A stretch of 64,000 nucleotides of DNA from an uncultured delta proteobacterium (lineage in GTDB: Bacteria > Desulfobacterota > Binatia > HRBIN30 > BPIQ01): assembly GCA_963761335.1 (NCBI GenBank), contig CAVXGR010000009.1, positions 58,545 through 122,544 on the forward strand. Direction: 5' to 3'. Shown here piece after piece: positions 28,691 through 40,064 of the stretch (position 1 is the first letter of the stretch; the number at the start of each line of letters is the position of its first letter). Under the pieces are notes generated by a model that had not been told where the DNA came from, ran no database searches, and was given only the letters and a program-made list of their open reading frames with translations. Made by a program: the position numbers and the translations under genes.

Positions 28691-29485
28691 ATGATCCTCG
28701 ACCGTTTCAAGATCACCGACAAGGTCGCCGTGGTCACCGGCGCCAGCGCCGGCATCGGCCGTGGCAGCGCCCTGGCGCTCGCCGAGGCGGGCGCCGACGT
28801 GGTGCTGGCGGCGCGCACTGCCGACAGGCTCGAAAAGGTCGCGGAGCAGGTCCGCGCTGTGGGCCGCCGAGCGGTGGCGGTGCCGTGCGACGTCAACGAT
28901 CCCGGCCAGGTGGAGAACGTCGTCGCTCGCGCCGTATCCGAGCTCGGCCGCATCGACATCGTCGTCAACAATGCCGGCGGCACGGCTCCGGGTCCGGCGC
29001 TGGAGCTCAGCCTCAAGGATTTCGAGACCGCCTTCCACTTCAACGTCGGCACCGCCTTCCTGCTGACGCGCCTGTGTGTGCCGCACATGCTCAAAGTGGG
29101 CGGCGGCGCCGTGGTCAACATCTCCAGCGCCATGTCGCACCTGGTCGAGCCCTGCTTCGTCGCCTACGGCACCGCCAAGGCGGCGCTCTCGCACATGACC
29201 CGACTGCTGGCCTGCGAGTTCGCTCCCCGCGTGCGCGTCAACGCCATCGCCGTCGGCGCCACCGAGACCGACGCCCTGTCGCCCTTTCTCGATGCCGCCG
29301 AGGGGCTGCGCGAGCAGATGGTGGCGCTCACCCCGATGGCCCGCCTCGGCACCCCGGAAGACATCGGCCTGGCGGTCCTCTATCTCGCCTCGCCCGCCTC
29401 GAGCTGGGTGACCGGGAAGATCTTCGAGGTCGACGGCGGCGCCGTGGCCTCCAACTGGCCCATCAAGATGCCCACCGGCCTCTGA
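28691..29485 (+). CDS. Short-chain dehydrogenase/reductase (7-alpha-HSDH-like)
   Basis: TGASAGIG, NNAGG, YGTAK. Confidence 0.9.
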   Translation: MILDRFKITDKVAVVTGASAGIGRGSALALAEAGADVVLAARTADRLEKVAEQVRAVGRRAVAVPCDVNDPGQVENVVARAVSELGRIDIVVNNAGGTAPGPALELSLKDFETAFHFNVGTAFLLTRLCVPHMLKVGGGAVVNISSAMSHLVEPCFVAYGTAKAALSHMTRLLACEFAPRVRVNAIAVGATETDALSPFLDAAEGLREQMVALTPMARLGTPEDIGLAVLYLASPASSWVTGKIFEVDGGAVASNWPIKMPTGL

Positions 29486-29504
29486 AAGGGGGACTTCTTC
29501 AGCG

Positions 29505-31337
29505 ATGGCGCTCGTGCGGCTCTCAAAGCTCTGCATCGGCGTTGCGGCCGTGGTTGTCGCCTTCGCGAGCTCGGCGGGCGCGGCGACAAACCACCCGTTC
29601 GCCTCTCACCCGTTCACCTACGCCGCCGGCTCCATCCTGCCGAACCACGTCCCGCAGGCAACTCTCGACCAGGCCGTGCGCGATTTCTACGATGCCTGGA
29701 AGGCGCGCTACCTGAAGGAGGCGTGCGGCACCGGGCGCTACGTCGTCCTCGCCGGCGTCAACTCGGGCAACCTGACCGTCTCCGAGGCGCACGGTTACGG
29801 GATGATGATCGCCGCGCTCATGGCCGGCTACGATCCCCAGGCGCGCCAGATCTTCGACGGCATGTACGCCTACTTCCGCGAGCATCCCACCGCCACCCAT
29901 TCCCACCTGATGTCGTGGAACCAGAGCCGCTCCTGCAACGACGTCCAGGGCAACGACAGCGCTTCCGACGGCGACCTCGACATCGCCTACGCGCTGCTCC
30001 TCGCCGACAAGCAGTGGGGCAGCTGTGGCCGCATCGATTATCGCGCCGAGGGGCTCGCCGTTCTCGCCGACATCCAGGACGGCGAGCTCGATTCCAGCGG
30101 CCAGTACGTCCTGCTCGGCGACTGGACCAATCCGGCGGACACCCAGTACTATCCGTCGACGCGCTCCTCCGACTTCATGCCGGATCACCTGCGCAGCTTC
30201 GCCGCGGCGGCGGGCGCCACGCCGTGGAGCGACGTGCTCGACCGCGAGTACCAGGTGTTCGACTCGCTGCAGACCAGCGCCTCTCCCAGCACCGGCCTGC
30301 TGCCGGACTTCATCCTCGATCCGCTCGGCACCCCGGCACCGGCCGGACCGCAGTTTCTCGAAGGTCCCAACGACGGCGCCTACGACTACAATGCCTGCCG
30401 CGATCCGTGGCGACTGGGGATGGACTTCCTGGTCTCGGGAGAGAGCCGCGCCCAGACGGAGGTGCAGCGCATCACCTCGTTCTTCCGCACGCACACCGGG
30501 GACGACCCGGGCAACATCGAGTCGGGGTATCAGCTCGACGGCAGCCTGAGCCCGGGCGCCGACTACCGCTCCATGGCGTTCGTGGCGCCGCTCGGCGTCG
30601 CCGCCATGGCGGACTCGGCGAACCAGGCCTGGCTCAATGCCCTGTGGGACCTGGTGGCGGCCACCCCGCTCGAGGCGGAGCACTACTACGAGAATACCCT
30701 CAAGCTGCTGTCGATGATCGCCATGTCGGGAAACTGGTGGTCTCCCGAGTCGGTCTCGGGAGGCTGCCTCGCCGACAGCACGCCTCTGTGCACGGACGGC
30801 GGCTACATCTCCGGCGCCAGCGTCAAGCTCGCCGGTCTCGACAACGGCGCCGGCAAGCAGCGGCTGGTGCTCAAGGGCAAGCTCTTCTTCCCGTGGGGCA
30901 ACCCGGCGGCGTCACCGTTCACCGATGGCGCCCAGCTTCTGGTCGAGGACATGGGCAGCGGCGGCGCCGCCGTCTTCGAGCTCAGCCACCTGACGACGCC
31001 GGTACCACCCGCCGCCGCCGGAGTCTGCGACCCGCGCGAGGGATGGAACGTGAAGCCGTCGCGCACCCTCTACCGCAATCGCTCCACGGCGATCGATCCG
31101 CCGGCGTGCACTGCGGATTCCGCCGCCGGCCTGCGCCTCCTCAAGTATCGCCCGCGCAGCGGGCTCGATCTCGACTTCCAGGCAAAGGCCGTGAAGAGCA
31201 CCATCGCCACACCGGTGGGGCCGCTGCGAGCCATCCTCGTCCTCGGCAGCGGTCAGGCGGCCGGCGACACCGGCGCCTGTGGCGTCAGCGCCTCCCTGCC
31301 CTGCACGGCGCGCGGCCACTCGCTCCGCTGCCAGTGA
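29505..31337 (+). CDS. Secreted glycoside hydrolase family 8 (chitosanase/endoglucanase) with C-terminal Cys-containing domain
   Basis: TVSEAHGYGM, SASDGDLDIAYALLLA, YNACR motifs. Confidence 0.9.
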   Translation: MALVRLSKLCIGVAAVVVAFASSAGAATNHPFASHPFTYAAGSILPNHVPQATLDQAVRDFYDAWKARYLKEACGTGRYVVLAGVNSGNLTVSEAHGYGMMIAALMAGYDPQARQIFDGMYAYFREHPTATHSHLMSWNQSRSCNDVQGNDSASDGDLDIAYALLLADKQWGSCGRIDYRAEGLAVLADIQDGELDSSGQYVLLGDWTNPADTQYYPSTRSSDFMPDHLRSFAAAAGATPWSDVLDREYQVFDSLQTSASPSTGLLPDFILDPLGTPAPAGPQFLEGPNDGAYDYNACRDPWRLGMDFLVSGESRAQTEVQRITSFFRTHTGDDPGNIESGYQLDGSLSPGADYRSMAFVAPLGVAAMADSANQAWLNALWDLVAATPLEAEHYYENTLKLLSMIAMSGNWWSPESVSGGCLADSTPLCTDGGYISGASVKLAGLDNGAGKQRLVLKGKLFFPWGNPAASPFTDGAQLLVEDMGSGGAAVFELSHLTTPVPPAAAGVCDPREGWNVKPSRTLYRNRSTAIDPPACTADSAAGLRLLKYRPRSGLDLDFQAKAVKSTIATPVGPLRAILVLGSGQAAGDTGACGVSASLPCTARGHSLRCQ

Positions 31338-31370
31338 TCTAGAAGCGGCCGGGACGGCCGCGCTCCCAGC

Positions 31371-32501
<1,131 letters not shown>

Positions 32502-32762
32502 GATCAGCTGTCGGTCGCGATGTGCGAGCGAAAATGCCCCTGCGCCGCTTTCTAGCGCGGCCCCGCCATCATCCGCAAGGCCGCGGCGCCTCGGCGTCGG
32601 TTCGTTGAGAAGTGACCATTCGCCCGCGTTCTCGCAGCCATGTGCTCCACACCGGTAACAGAGATCCTGCGGTGAACGGAGCGCGGCACAGCCGTTGCTC
32701 GTCGGACGGCGCCGGTGCTGTCTCGCTCCGGCGAACGCGAAAGAGGGAAAGCGCACGGCAAG

Positions 32763-33914
32763 ATGCAGATCCGTCCACTGCTTCAGGAAATGGTCGACTC
32801 GGGAGCATCCGATCTCTACCTGATGGCCAACAGCCCACCAATACTGCGCGTCGAAGGCCTCAACCGGCCGATCGGGGCGACCCTCCTGAACGACCAGGAC
32901 ACCGTCGCTCTCGCCGACGAGGTGATGAACGCGGAGGAGCGCGCCCTCTTCCAGCAGACCAAGGAAATGAACCTCGGCCTCACCGTCGAGAGCCTCGGCC
33001 GCTTCCGCGTCAACGTGCTCCAGCAGCGCGGCAGCGTCGGCCTCGTCCTGCGCCACATCAAGATGGAGATCCCCAGCCTCGAGGCGCTGGGTCTGCCGCC
33101 GATTCTGCAGGACATCATCGTGACCAGGCGCGGCCTGATTCTGGTGACCGGCGCCACCGGATCGGGGAAATCGACGACCCTGGCTTCGATGATCGACTAC
33201 CGCAACCAGCACACCAGGGGGCACATCATCACCATCGAGGACCCGGTGGAGTTCCTCCACCCGAACCGGAGCTGCCTGGTCACCCAGCGCGAGGTGGGCA
33301 CGGACACGGTCTCCTTTGCGGCGGCGCTGAAGAACACCCTGCGGCAGGCGCCCGACGTCATCCTCATCGGCGAGATCCGCGACGCGGAGACCATGGAAGC
33401 CGCCATCACCTTTGCCGACACCGGCCATCTCTGCCTCGGCACGCTACACTCGAGCAACGCCAACCAGACGCTCCAGCGGGTCATGAACTTCTTTCCCGGA
33501 GCCCGCCATTCGGAAATCTACCTGCAGCTGTCGATGAACCTGCGCGCCATCCTCTCGCAGCGACTGGTGAGCGGCGTGGACGGCAGGCGCGTCGCGGCTC
33601 TCGAGATCCTGCTCGACACGCCCTGGATCAAGGAGCTGGTAAGGAAGGGCGAGGTCGACACGCTCAAGGAGGCCATGCACCGCGACAGCAAGGAGGGCTG
33701 TCAGACCTTCGACCAGGCGCTGGCGCAGCTGTACTCCGAGCGGCGCATCAGCACCGAAGAGGCGCTGGCCAACGCCGACAGCCGCAACAACCTGCGCATC
33801 AAGCTGAACGAGGTCGACCACCGGCTCGCCGCGCGACCCGCCGTCGAGGAGGAGGAGATCGAGACGGAGCCCCCGGGCCCCGCCGACGAGTTGGCCTTCC
33901 GCCTGGAGGTTTGA
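32763..33914 (+). CDS. pilU: Type IV pilus retraction ATPase PilT/PilU family (PilU-like)
   Basis: ASDLYL, GATGSGKST, TIEDPVE, QREVG, LRQAPDVILIGEIRD, TLHS. Confidence 0.85.
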   Translation: MQIRPLLQEMVDSGASDLYLMANSPPILRVEGLNRPIGATLLNDQDTVALADEVMNAEERALFQQTKEMNLGLTVESLGRFRVNVLQQRGSVGLVLRHIKMEIPSLEALGLPPILQDIIVTRRGLILVTGATGSGKSTTLASMIDYRNQHTRGHIITIEDPVEFLHPNRSCLVTQREVGTDTVSFAAALKNTLRQAPDVILIGEIRDAETMEAAITFADTGHLCLGTLHSSNANQTLQRVMNFFPGARHSEIYLQLSMNLRAILSQRLVSGVDGRRVAALEILLDTPWIKELVRKGEVDTLKEAMHRDSKEGCQTFDQALAQLYSERRISTEEALANADSRNNLRIKLNEVDHRLAARPAVEEEEIETEPPGPADELAFRLEV

Positions 33915-34078
33915 TCCCGGAAGGGGCGGCGTTTGCCGCTCGATCTGCCGGGCAGCGGTGCGCGAGCGTCGCATATTCTCGAAGTTGGGAAGCGGCGTGA
34001 AGAAGCTCCCGCCTCTGGTCACCGGCGCCAACAATCGACGACGTGGCACGGGGTTCGCTCCAAGCAACGGCTACGCTC

Positions 34079-35188
34079 ATGCGCTCATCGACCCTCCTGC
34101 TCGCCACCTGCTGGCTCGCGGCCGTTTCCAGCTGTGCGCAGCAGGGACTCTCCGACGACGGCGGGCGTGCCCCGCTGCCGGACCTGGTGGTCGAGGTCAC
34201 CACCGCGCGCGTCCGGCTGGGTGAGATCAGCCAGCTTGTGGTCGCCCCCGGCAGCGTCATCGCCAAACGCGAGAGCCGCATCGGCGCCGAGGTCTCCGGC
34301 CCCATCGCCGAGGTGTACGTCTCCGAGGGCGATCGGGTGGAGGCCGGACAGCCGCTCTTCCAGATCGATGCAGAGCCCTACGAGATCGGGCTGCGGCAAG
34401 CCGAGGCGGTGCAAGACGTCGCCCGCGCCGAGCGATTGCAGATCGCCGCCGACCTGCGGCGCGGCACGACGCTGCGGCACCAGAACGTCATGGCGCAGCA
34501 GGAGCTCGACCGCCTCGCCACCTCCCTCGCCGTCGCCCAAGCGCGCGAGCGGCAGGCAAGCGAGGCGGTGGCGCTGGCGCGTCACAACCTGGATCGAACC
34601 CGGATCGTGGCCCCGTACGCGGGCTCCATCGCCGCCCGCCTGGCGGACGAGGGAACCACCGCCCTGGTGCAGCCGCAGACGATCGTCATCGTGCTGCAGG
34701 AGACCGACGAGCTCGAGGCCAGCGCCGCCATTCCCGAGAGCCAGCTCGCCCTGGTGCAGCTGGGTGACGCGGCCACCATCCGCGTCGAGGGAATTCCCGA
34801 GCCGATCCGGACCCAGGTCTCGGCGGTGAGCGATTCCATCGATCCGGCAACGCGCACTTACATGGTCAAGATGAAGGTCCCCAACCGCGACCGCCGCCTG
34901 AAGGCCGGGGTCTTCGCGCACGTGCGTATCTCGCCGCAGCCCAAGCGCCAGGTGGTGCTGGTGCCGCGCCAAGCGGTGCGCACCGAGGACGGTCGGACCC
35001 GCGTCTTCGCCGTGCGCGACGGGCGCGCCGTCGCCGTGCCCGTCGATGTCGGCATGCTCTCCGAGCAGGACGCCGAGATCCTCCACGGTCTCAGCTCGGG
35101 GGACGAGATCATCGTCGGCGCCGCGGCGCAGACGATCGCGCCGGAGATGGCGGTGCGCGTCAGTCGGGGCGCCGCCGACGCCCCATGA
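34079..35188 (+). CDS. RND efflux periplasmic adaptor (MFP)
   Basis: Lipoyl-like halves EVSGPI...EGDRVEAGQPL; IDPATRT; next to an RND permease. Confidence 0.9.
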   Translation: MRSSTLLLATCWLAAVSSCAQQGLSDDGGRAPLPDLVVEVTTARVRLGEISQLVVAPGSVIAKRESRIGAEVSGPIAEVYVSEGDRVEAGQPLFQIDAEPYEIGLRQAEAVQDVARAERLQIAADLRRGTTLRHQNVMAQQELDRLATSLAVAQARERQASEAVALARHNLDRTRIVAPYAGSIAARLADEGTTALVQPQTIVIVLQETDELEASAAIPESQLALVQLGDAATIRVEGIPEPIRTQVSAVSDSIDPATRTYMVKMKVPNRDRRLKAGVFAHVRISPQPKRQVVLVPRQAVRTEDGRTRVFAVRDGRAVAVPVDVGMLSEQDAEILHGLSSGDEIIVGAAAQTIAPEMAVRVSRGAADAP

Positions 35189-38100
35189 AGCTCGCCGACA
35201 CCTGCATCCGCCGGCCGGTGTTCGCCATCATGCTCATCGGCGGCCTGGTGGTCCTCGGCATCGTCTCCATTCCGCGGCTGGGGATCGACCTCTTCCCGCG
35301 CGTCGAGTTCCCCCTGATCACCGTCACCACGGTGCTCGAGGGCGCCGCTCCCGAGACCATGGAGCGGGAGGTGACGCAGATCCTCGAGGAGTCGATCAAC
35401 ACCATCGAGGGGATCCGCAGCCTGCGCAGCGCCTCGAGCGACTCGCTGTCGCTGCTCTTCGTGGAGTTCGAGCTCGAGTACGACATTCAGGAGAAGGCGC
35501 AGGAGGTGCGCGACAAGGTGGCAGCAGTGCGCGCCGAGCTGCCGCGCGACCTCGAGCCGCCGGTGGTCGATCGCGTCGATCCGGACGCCTCGCCGATCCT
35601 GGCGATCATGGTGGCCGGGCCCGACTCGATCCGCTCGCTGAGCGAGTTCGCCGACAAGCGCCTCAAGCCGCGCCTCGAGCGCATCCGCGGCGTCGGCAGC
35701 GTCACCCTGGTCGGCGATCGCGCCCGCGAGATTCGCATCTGGCTCGACCCGGTGCGCCTGAGCGGCTACGCGCTGGCGGTGGACGACGTGCTCGAGGCGC
35801 TACAACGCGAGCACGTCGAGCTTCCCGGCGGCCGCATCGAGACGCCCGCCAGCGAATACACCATCAAGACCAAGGGCAAGATCACCAGCGCCTTGAACTT
35901 CGGCGACATCGTCGTGGTCGAGCGCGCCGGCCGCGCCATTCACCTGCGCGACATTGCGGTGGTCGAGGACGGCATGGCCGAGGAGCGCACCGTGTCCTAT
36001 CTCAACGGCCGCCGCGGTGTGGCCCTGCTGGTGCGCCGCCAGTCGGGCGAGAACACCGTCGCCGTCGTCGACGCCGTCGAGAAGCAGCTGGCGCTGATCC
36101 GCGCCGACCTGCCGCCCGGCTACCAGCTCATCGAGGCGATGGACGCCTCGCGCTTCATTCGCAGCGCCATCCACGACGTCTCCATCGACCTGGCCTGGGG
36201 CGCACTGCTGGCGGCGGTGGTGGTTCTCCTCTTCCTGCGCAACGTGCGCACCACGCTGATCGCCGCCGTCGCCATCCCCTCGTCGCTGGTGGGCAGCTTC
36301 GTGTTCTTCTACGCCTTCGGCTTCACGCTGAACACCATGACGCTGATGGCCCTGTCGCTGTCGATCGGGCTGCTGATCGATGACGCCATCGTCGTGCTCG
36401 AGAACGTCTACCGCCACATGGAGGCCGGCGAGTCGCCGGCGCAGGCGGCGTCATCGGGTACCGCGGAGATCGGCCTGGCCGTGGTGGCGACGACGCTGGC
36501 GATCTGCGCCGTCTTCGTCCCCATCGCCTTCATGGGCGGCATCGTCGGCCGCTTCTTCCGCGAGTTCGGCCTGGTCGCCACCTTCGCGGTGCTCAACTCG
36601 ATGCTGGTGGCGCTGACCCTCACGCCGATGATGTGCTCCCGGGTTCTGCGCCTGCAGGAGCATCGCGGGCGCGCCTATCGACTGCTCGAGTCCGGCTACG
36701 TGGCGCTGGAGAACCACTACCGCCGCGTGCTCGCTTGGGGGCTGCGGCACCGCCTGGCGGTGGTGGCGCTGGCGCTGGCGGCGGTCGCCGGCGGCATGGC
36801 GATCGCCAGGCGCGTCCCCGTCGACTTTCTCACCACCGAGGACCGCAGCGAGTTCAACGTCTGGCTCAAGCTGCCGCTCGGCTCGACCGTCGGGCAGACG
36901 CAGGCGGCGGTGCGCACCGTCGAGGCGGAGCTGCGGCAGCAACCGGAGGTGCGCAACGTCTTCAGCACCATCGGCAGCGGCGTCAAGAAGCGCGTCAATG
37001 AGGCGGTACTGTACGTGCAGATGGCGCCCAAGGAAGCGCGCCGGCGCGGCCAGGTGGCTCTCATGGCCGAGATGCGCCGGCGCATTCCCACGCTCGGATT
37101 CCGTCTCAGCGAGTTCGCCGTCGAGGAGGTGCCGCTGATCAGCTTCCCCGGAGCGCGCAGCGCACAGCTCATGTACGCCCTGCGCGGCCCCGACATCGAC
37201 CACCTGCAGCGGCTGGCGAACGAGCTGATGGCGCGCATGCGCCAGGCCGGGGGCTATGCCGATCTGGCGACCTCGTACGAGACCGGAAAGCCCGAGATCG
37301 CCCTCGACATCGACCGCGGCCGCGCCGCCGACCTGGGCGTTCCGGCGCTGCAGATCGGCCGCACCATCGCTGCCATGGTGGCCGGGTTCGAGGCCACCAC
37401 CTTCGAGGAGAACGGCGAGCGCTACAACGTGCGCCTGCAGGTGAGCCCGCAGTATCGCGACGATCCGGTCAAGCTCGACCTGCTGCGCGTGCGCGCCCCG
37501 AGCGGCGCGCTTGTGCCGCTGCGCAACCTGGTCACGCCGCGCATCGGCAGCGGCCCCGTGCAGGTGGATCGCGAGAATCGCACGCGGGCGATCACCCTCT
37601 ACGGCAATCTCGAAGGCAAGTCCGCGGGCACCGCTGACCAGGAGGTGATGCGCTTCGCCCGCGAGATGGAGATCGGCGGCGAGTACGAGATCGAGCCGGT
37701 CGGGCCGTCGAAGAGCCTGCGCGAGACCTCCGCGGCGGTCGGCTTCGCCTTCGTGCTGGCGCTGATCGCCATCTACATGATCCTCGCTTCGCAGTTCAAT
37801 TCGTTCGTCCACCCCTTCACCATCATGCTGTCGGCGCCGCTGTCGTTCATCGGCGCCTTCGCCGCCGTCTGGCTGCTCGGCTTCTCCCTCGACCTGATGG
37901 GGCAGATCGCCTTCCTGCTGCTCATGGGCATCGTCATGAAGAACTCCATCCTGCTGGTCGACTACACCAACACCCTGCGGGCGCGCGGCCTCTCCCTGTA
38001 CGAGGCCGTTCTCGAGGCCGGCCCGGTGCGCATGCGACCCGTCCTGATGACGGCCGTCTCGACCATCTTCGGCATGCTGCCGGTGGCCTTCAGCACCGGC

Positions 38101-38292
38101 GACGGCTGCGAGTGGCGCAACCCCATGGGGATGATCTCCATCGGCGGCCTCACGGCGTCGACCTTCCTCACCCTGCTCGTCGTGCCTGTCGTCTACACCC
38201 TTTTCGACGAGGCCGGGGTCTTCCTGTCGCGCACCTTCCGCCGCTCGGCAGCGGCGTCTCCAGAGCCGCCGCGGGAAGGCGTCGTCCCGTAG
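35185..38292 (+). CDS. RND efflux permease (AcrB/CusA superfamily)
   Basis: [37 protein letters not shown]; 1035 aa. Confidence 0.95.
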   Translation: MKLADTCIRRPVFAIMLIGGLVVLGIVSIPRLGIDLFPRVEFPLITVTTVLEGAAPETMEREVTQILEESINTIEGIRSLRSASSDSLSLLFVEFELEYDIQEKAQEVRDKVAAVRAELPRDLEPPVVDRVDPDASPILAIMVAGPDSIRSLSEFADKRLKPRLERIRGVGSVTLVGDRAREIRIWLDPVRLSGYALAVDDVLEALQREHVELPGGRIETPASEYTIKTKGKITSALNFGDIVVVERAGRAIHLRDIAVVEDGMAEERTVSYLNGRRGVALLVRRQSGENTVAVVDAVEKQLALIRADLPPGYQLIEAMDASRFIRSAIHDVSIDLAWGALLAAVVVLLFLRNVRTTLIAAVAIPSSLVGSFVFFYAFGFTLNTMTLMALSLSIGLLIDDAIVVLENVYRHMEAGESPAQAASSGTAEIGLAVVATTLAICAVFVPIAFMGGIVGRFFREFGLVATFAVLNSMLVALTLTPMMCSRVLRLQEHRGRAYRLLESGYVALENHYRRVLAWGLRHRLAVVALALAAVAGGMAIARRVPVDFLTTEDRSEFNVWLKLPLGSTVGQTQAAVRTVEAELRQQPEVRNVFSTIGSGVKKRVNEAVLYVQMAPKEARRRGQVALMAEMRRRIPTLGFRLSEFAVEEVPLISFPGARSAQLMYALRGPDIDHLQRLANELMARMRQAGGYADLATSYETGKPEIALDIDRGRAADLGVPALQIGRTIAAMVAGFEATTFEENGERYNVRLQVSPQYRDDPVKLDLLRVRAPSGALVPLRNLVTPRIGSGPVQVDRENRTRAITLYGNLEGKSAGTADQEVMRFAREMEIGGEYEIEPVGPSKSLRETSAAVGFAFVLALIAIYMILASQFNSFVHPFTIMLSAPLSFIGAFAAVWLLGFSLDLMGQIAFLLLMGIVMKNSILLVDYTNTLRARGLSLYEAVLEAGPVRMRPVLMTAVSTIFGMLPVAFSTGDGCEWRNPMGMISIGGLTASTFLTLLVVPVVYTLFDEAGVFLSRTFRRSAAASPEPPREGVVP

Positions 38293-38306
38293 CGGCCGGC
38301 AGGCAT

Positions 38307-38801
38307 GGGGGACAGTGCGTCATGAGCCTGCGGCTCACCAACAGACGATGAAAATGAGGCTGGGGATCTGCCCCGACAAGAGACTTGGAAGTCCTCGCCC
38401 GGCTGAAGTTCGCCCCGGAGGGGCGGTGGCGTGTAGCCCCGGGTGAAACCCGGGAAAAAGGCGCGCTCCGTCACGCGCGCCCCGCCAGGGGCGCGGGCAA
38501 GTTTTCGTCGATGTCACGCCTGTACGCCGATGATCACCGCTGGGTGCGTGGGAAGCTCATCGAGGTGATTCACGCGGCCTCTACGCCCGCGCCCCTGCGG
38601 GGCGCTGATCTGGGCCAATCGGAACGCGGTCCCCGGGTTAACACCCGGGGCTACATGCCTACGCCCCTCCGGGGCGATAAGCCTCCACCCCAGCGCCGGG
38701 ACTCCGCCAGACCTTCACCCAACAGATTTTCGAAGCAGGCACCTTTTGCGGCAGAGCATCACCAGCAGCGATGCTTTCCCTACGGCAAAAGTAGCCTGCC
38801 C
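38307..38801 (-). mobile_element. Composite repeat copy 4: host palindrome interrupted by a ~426-bp element (38313-38738) with cargo A
   Basis: Reverse complement of 3326-3753 with scattered substitutions. Confidence 0.8.
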
Positions 38802-38841
38802 GCGTTGCAGATTTGCACCAATTGTGCGATTTTCTGCGCAT

Positions 38842-39261
38842 ATGCAGCCTCCCGCGAGCAATGCCGGCGCCCCGGAGCCGAGCCGCCAGAAGGCGGCGCC
38901 TGAGGAGCAGCAGCGGCTGGCGATGGCCGGCTTCTTCCGCATCATGCAGCTCTGGGGCGCCAGCAACGCCGAGATGCGCCGCATGCTCGGCTCGCCGCCG
39001 GAGAGAACGTTCTACGACTGGAAGGCCGGGCGCGTGCGCCGCCTGCCGGCGGACACCTACCGGCGCATCGGCTACGTGGCCGGCATCTACAAGGCACTGC
39101 AGATTCTCTACTCCGATCCGGCGCAGGCGGACTCCTGGGTGCGGTGTCCGAACCGACACTTCGGCGATCATACCCCGCTCGAGCGCATGAGCGCCGGAGA
39201 CGTCACCGATCTGGCCGCCATCCGCGCCTACCTCGATGCCGCGCGCTCGCCCTGGTCCTGA
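38842..39261 (+). CDS. Antitoxin, Xre/MbcA/ParS family
   Basis: FFRIMQLWG...LLG...TFYDWK HTH; RIGYVAGIYKAL...AD.WV..PN..FG..PL..M..G; upstream of RES. Confidence 0.85.
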   Translation: MQPPASNAGAPEPSRQKAAPEEQQRLAMAGFFRIMQLWGASNAEMRRMLGSPPERTFYDWKAGRVRRLPADTYRRIGYVAGIYKALQILYSDPAQADSWVRCPNRHFGDHTPLERMSAGDVTDLAAIRAYLDAARSPWS

Positions 39262-39955
39262 GCCGCGCTCGCGCCGCGTGGCCTGGTCGCGCGCCACCCG
39301 CATCGTCGCCGCACGGCACCCGCCCATCGATCTCTTCGAGCGCGTCTCCACCGACCCGGCGGTGTGGGAGGCATTGATCGCCGCCGAGGAGATGGTCAAC
39401 CCGCGGGTCCGCGAGGAGATCGGCGAGATCCGCCTGCTGCCGCCCGCCGAGCGGCGCAGCGGCCCCGGCGCCAGCTGGGTGATGGCCGCCTTCACCCATC
39501 TCAACCCGAAGGGCTCGCGTTTCAGCGACGGCTCCTACGGCGTCTACTACGCCGCCCGCGAGCTGGAGACGGCGATCCGCGAGACCGCGTACCACTTCGG
39601 CCGCTTCGCCGCCGACAGCGGCGACGGACCGCGCCATGAGAACATGCTGGTGCTGGTCGGGCGCATCGACAACCGCTTCGCCGACGCCGCCTCGTTGCCC
39701 GCCCCCCTGCGGGGGAAGGTGCTCGACCCGGATGCGTACGCCGAGGGCCAGATGCTCGCGGCGGCGCTGCGCGCCGGCGGCAGCAACGGCATCGTCTATC
39801 CGAGCGTCCGTCACCGCGGCGGCCACTGCCTCGCCGCTCTGCGTCCCAAGGCCGTCGGCATCCCGGTGCCGAGCCGCCACCTCGAGTACCACTGGGACGG
39901 CACCCGCGTCTTCCGCTACTTCGATTACCACCGCGACGCCTGGTTTCCCCTCTGA
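39236..39955 (+). CDS. RES-domain toxin (NAD+-consuming family); start uncertain
   Basis: SRFSDGSYGVYYAA...TAIRE, GIVYPSVR. Confidence 0.85.
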   Translation: MPRARPGPEPRSRRVAWSRATRIVAARHPPIDLFERVSTDPAVWEALIAAEEMVNPRVREEIGEIRLLPPAERRSGPGASWVMAAFTHLNPKGSRFSDGSYGVYYAARELETAIRETAYHFGRFAADSGDGPRHENMLVLVGRIDNRFADAASLPAPLRGKVLDPDAYAEGQMLAAALRAGGSNGIVYPSVRHRGGHCLAALRPKAVGIPVPSRHLEYHWDGTRVFRYFDYHRDAWFPL

Positions 39956-40064
39956 TGGGAGGGCGGCCGGCGCCGCCGCCTCTGCTCTTTGCCGCCACTT
40001 GCGACCGGGACGGCCGCGCTCCCGGGCGGTTGACGTGCGCCCCGCTCCGGCCGACGATCGAGCC

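Noticed and set aside
32502..33428. 685-aa PurM fusion protein
   Set aside because: The extension is the antisense of the pilU gene; the PurM-like sequence starts near 32501.
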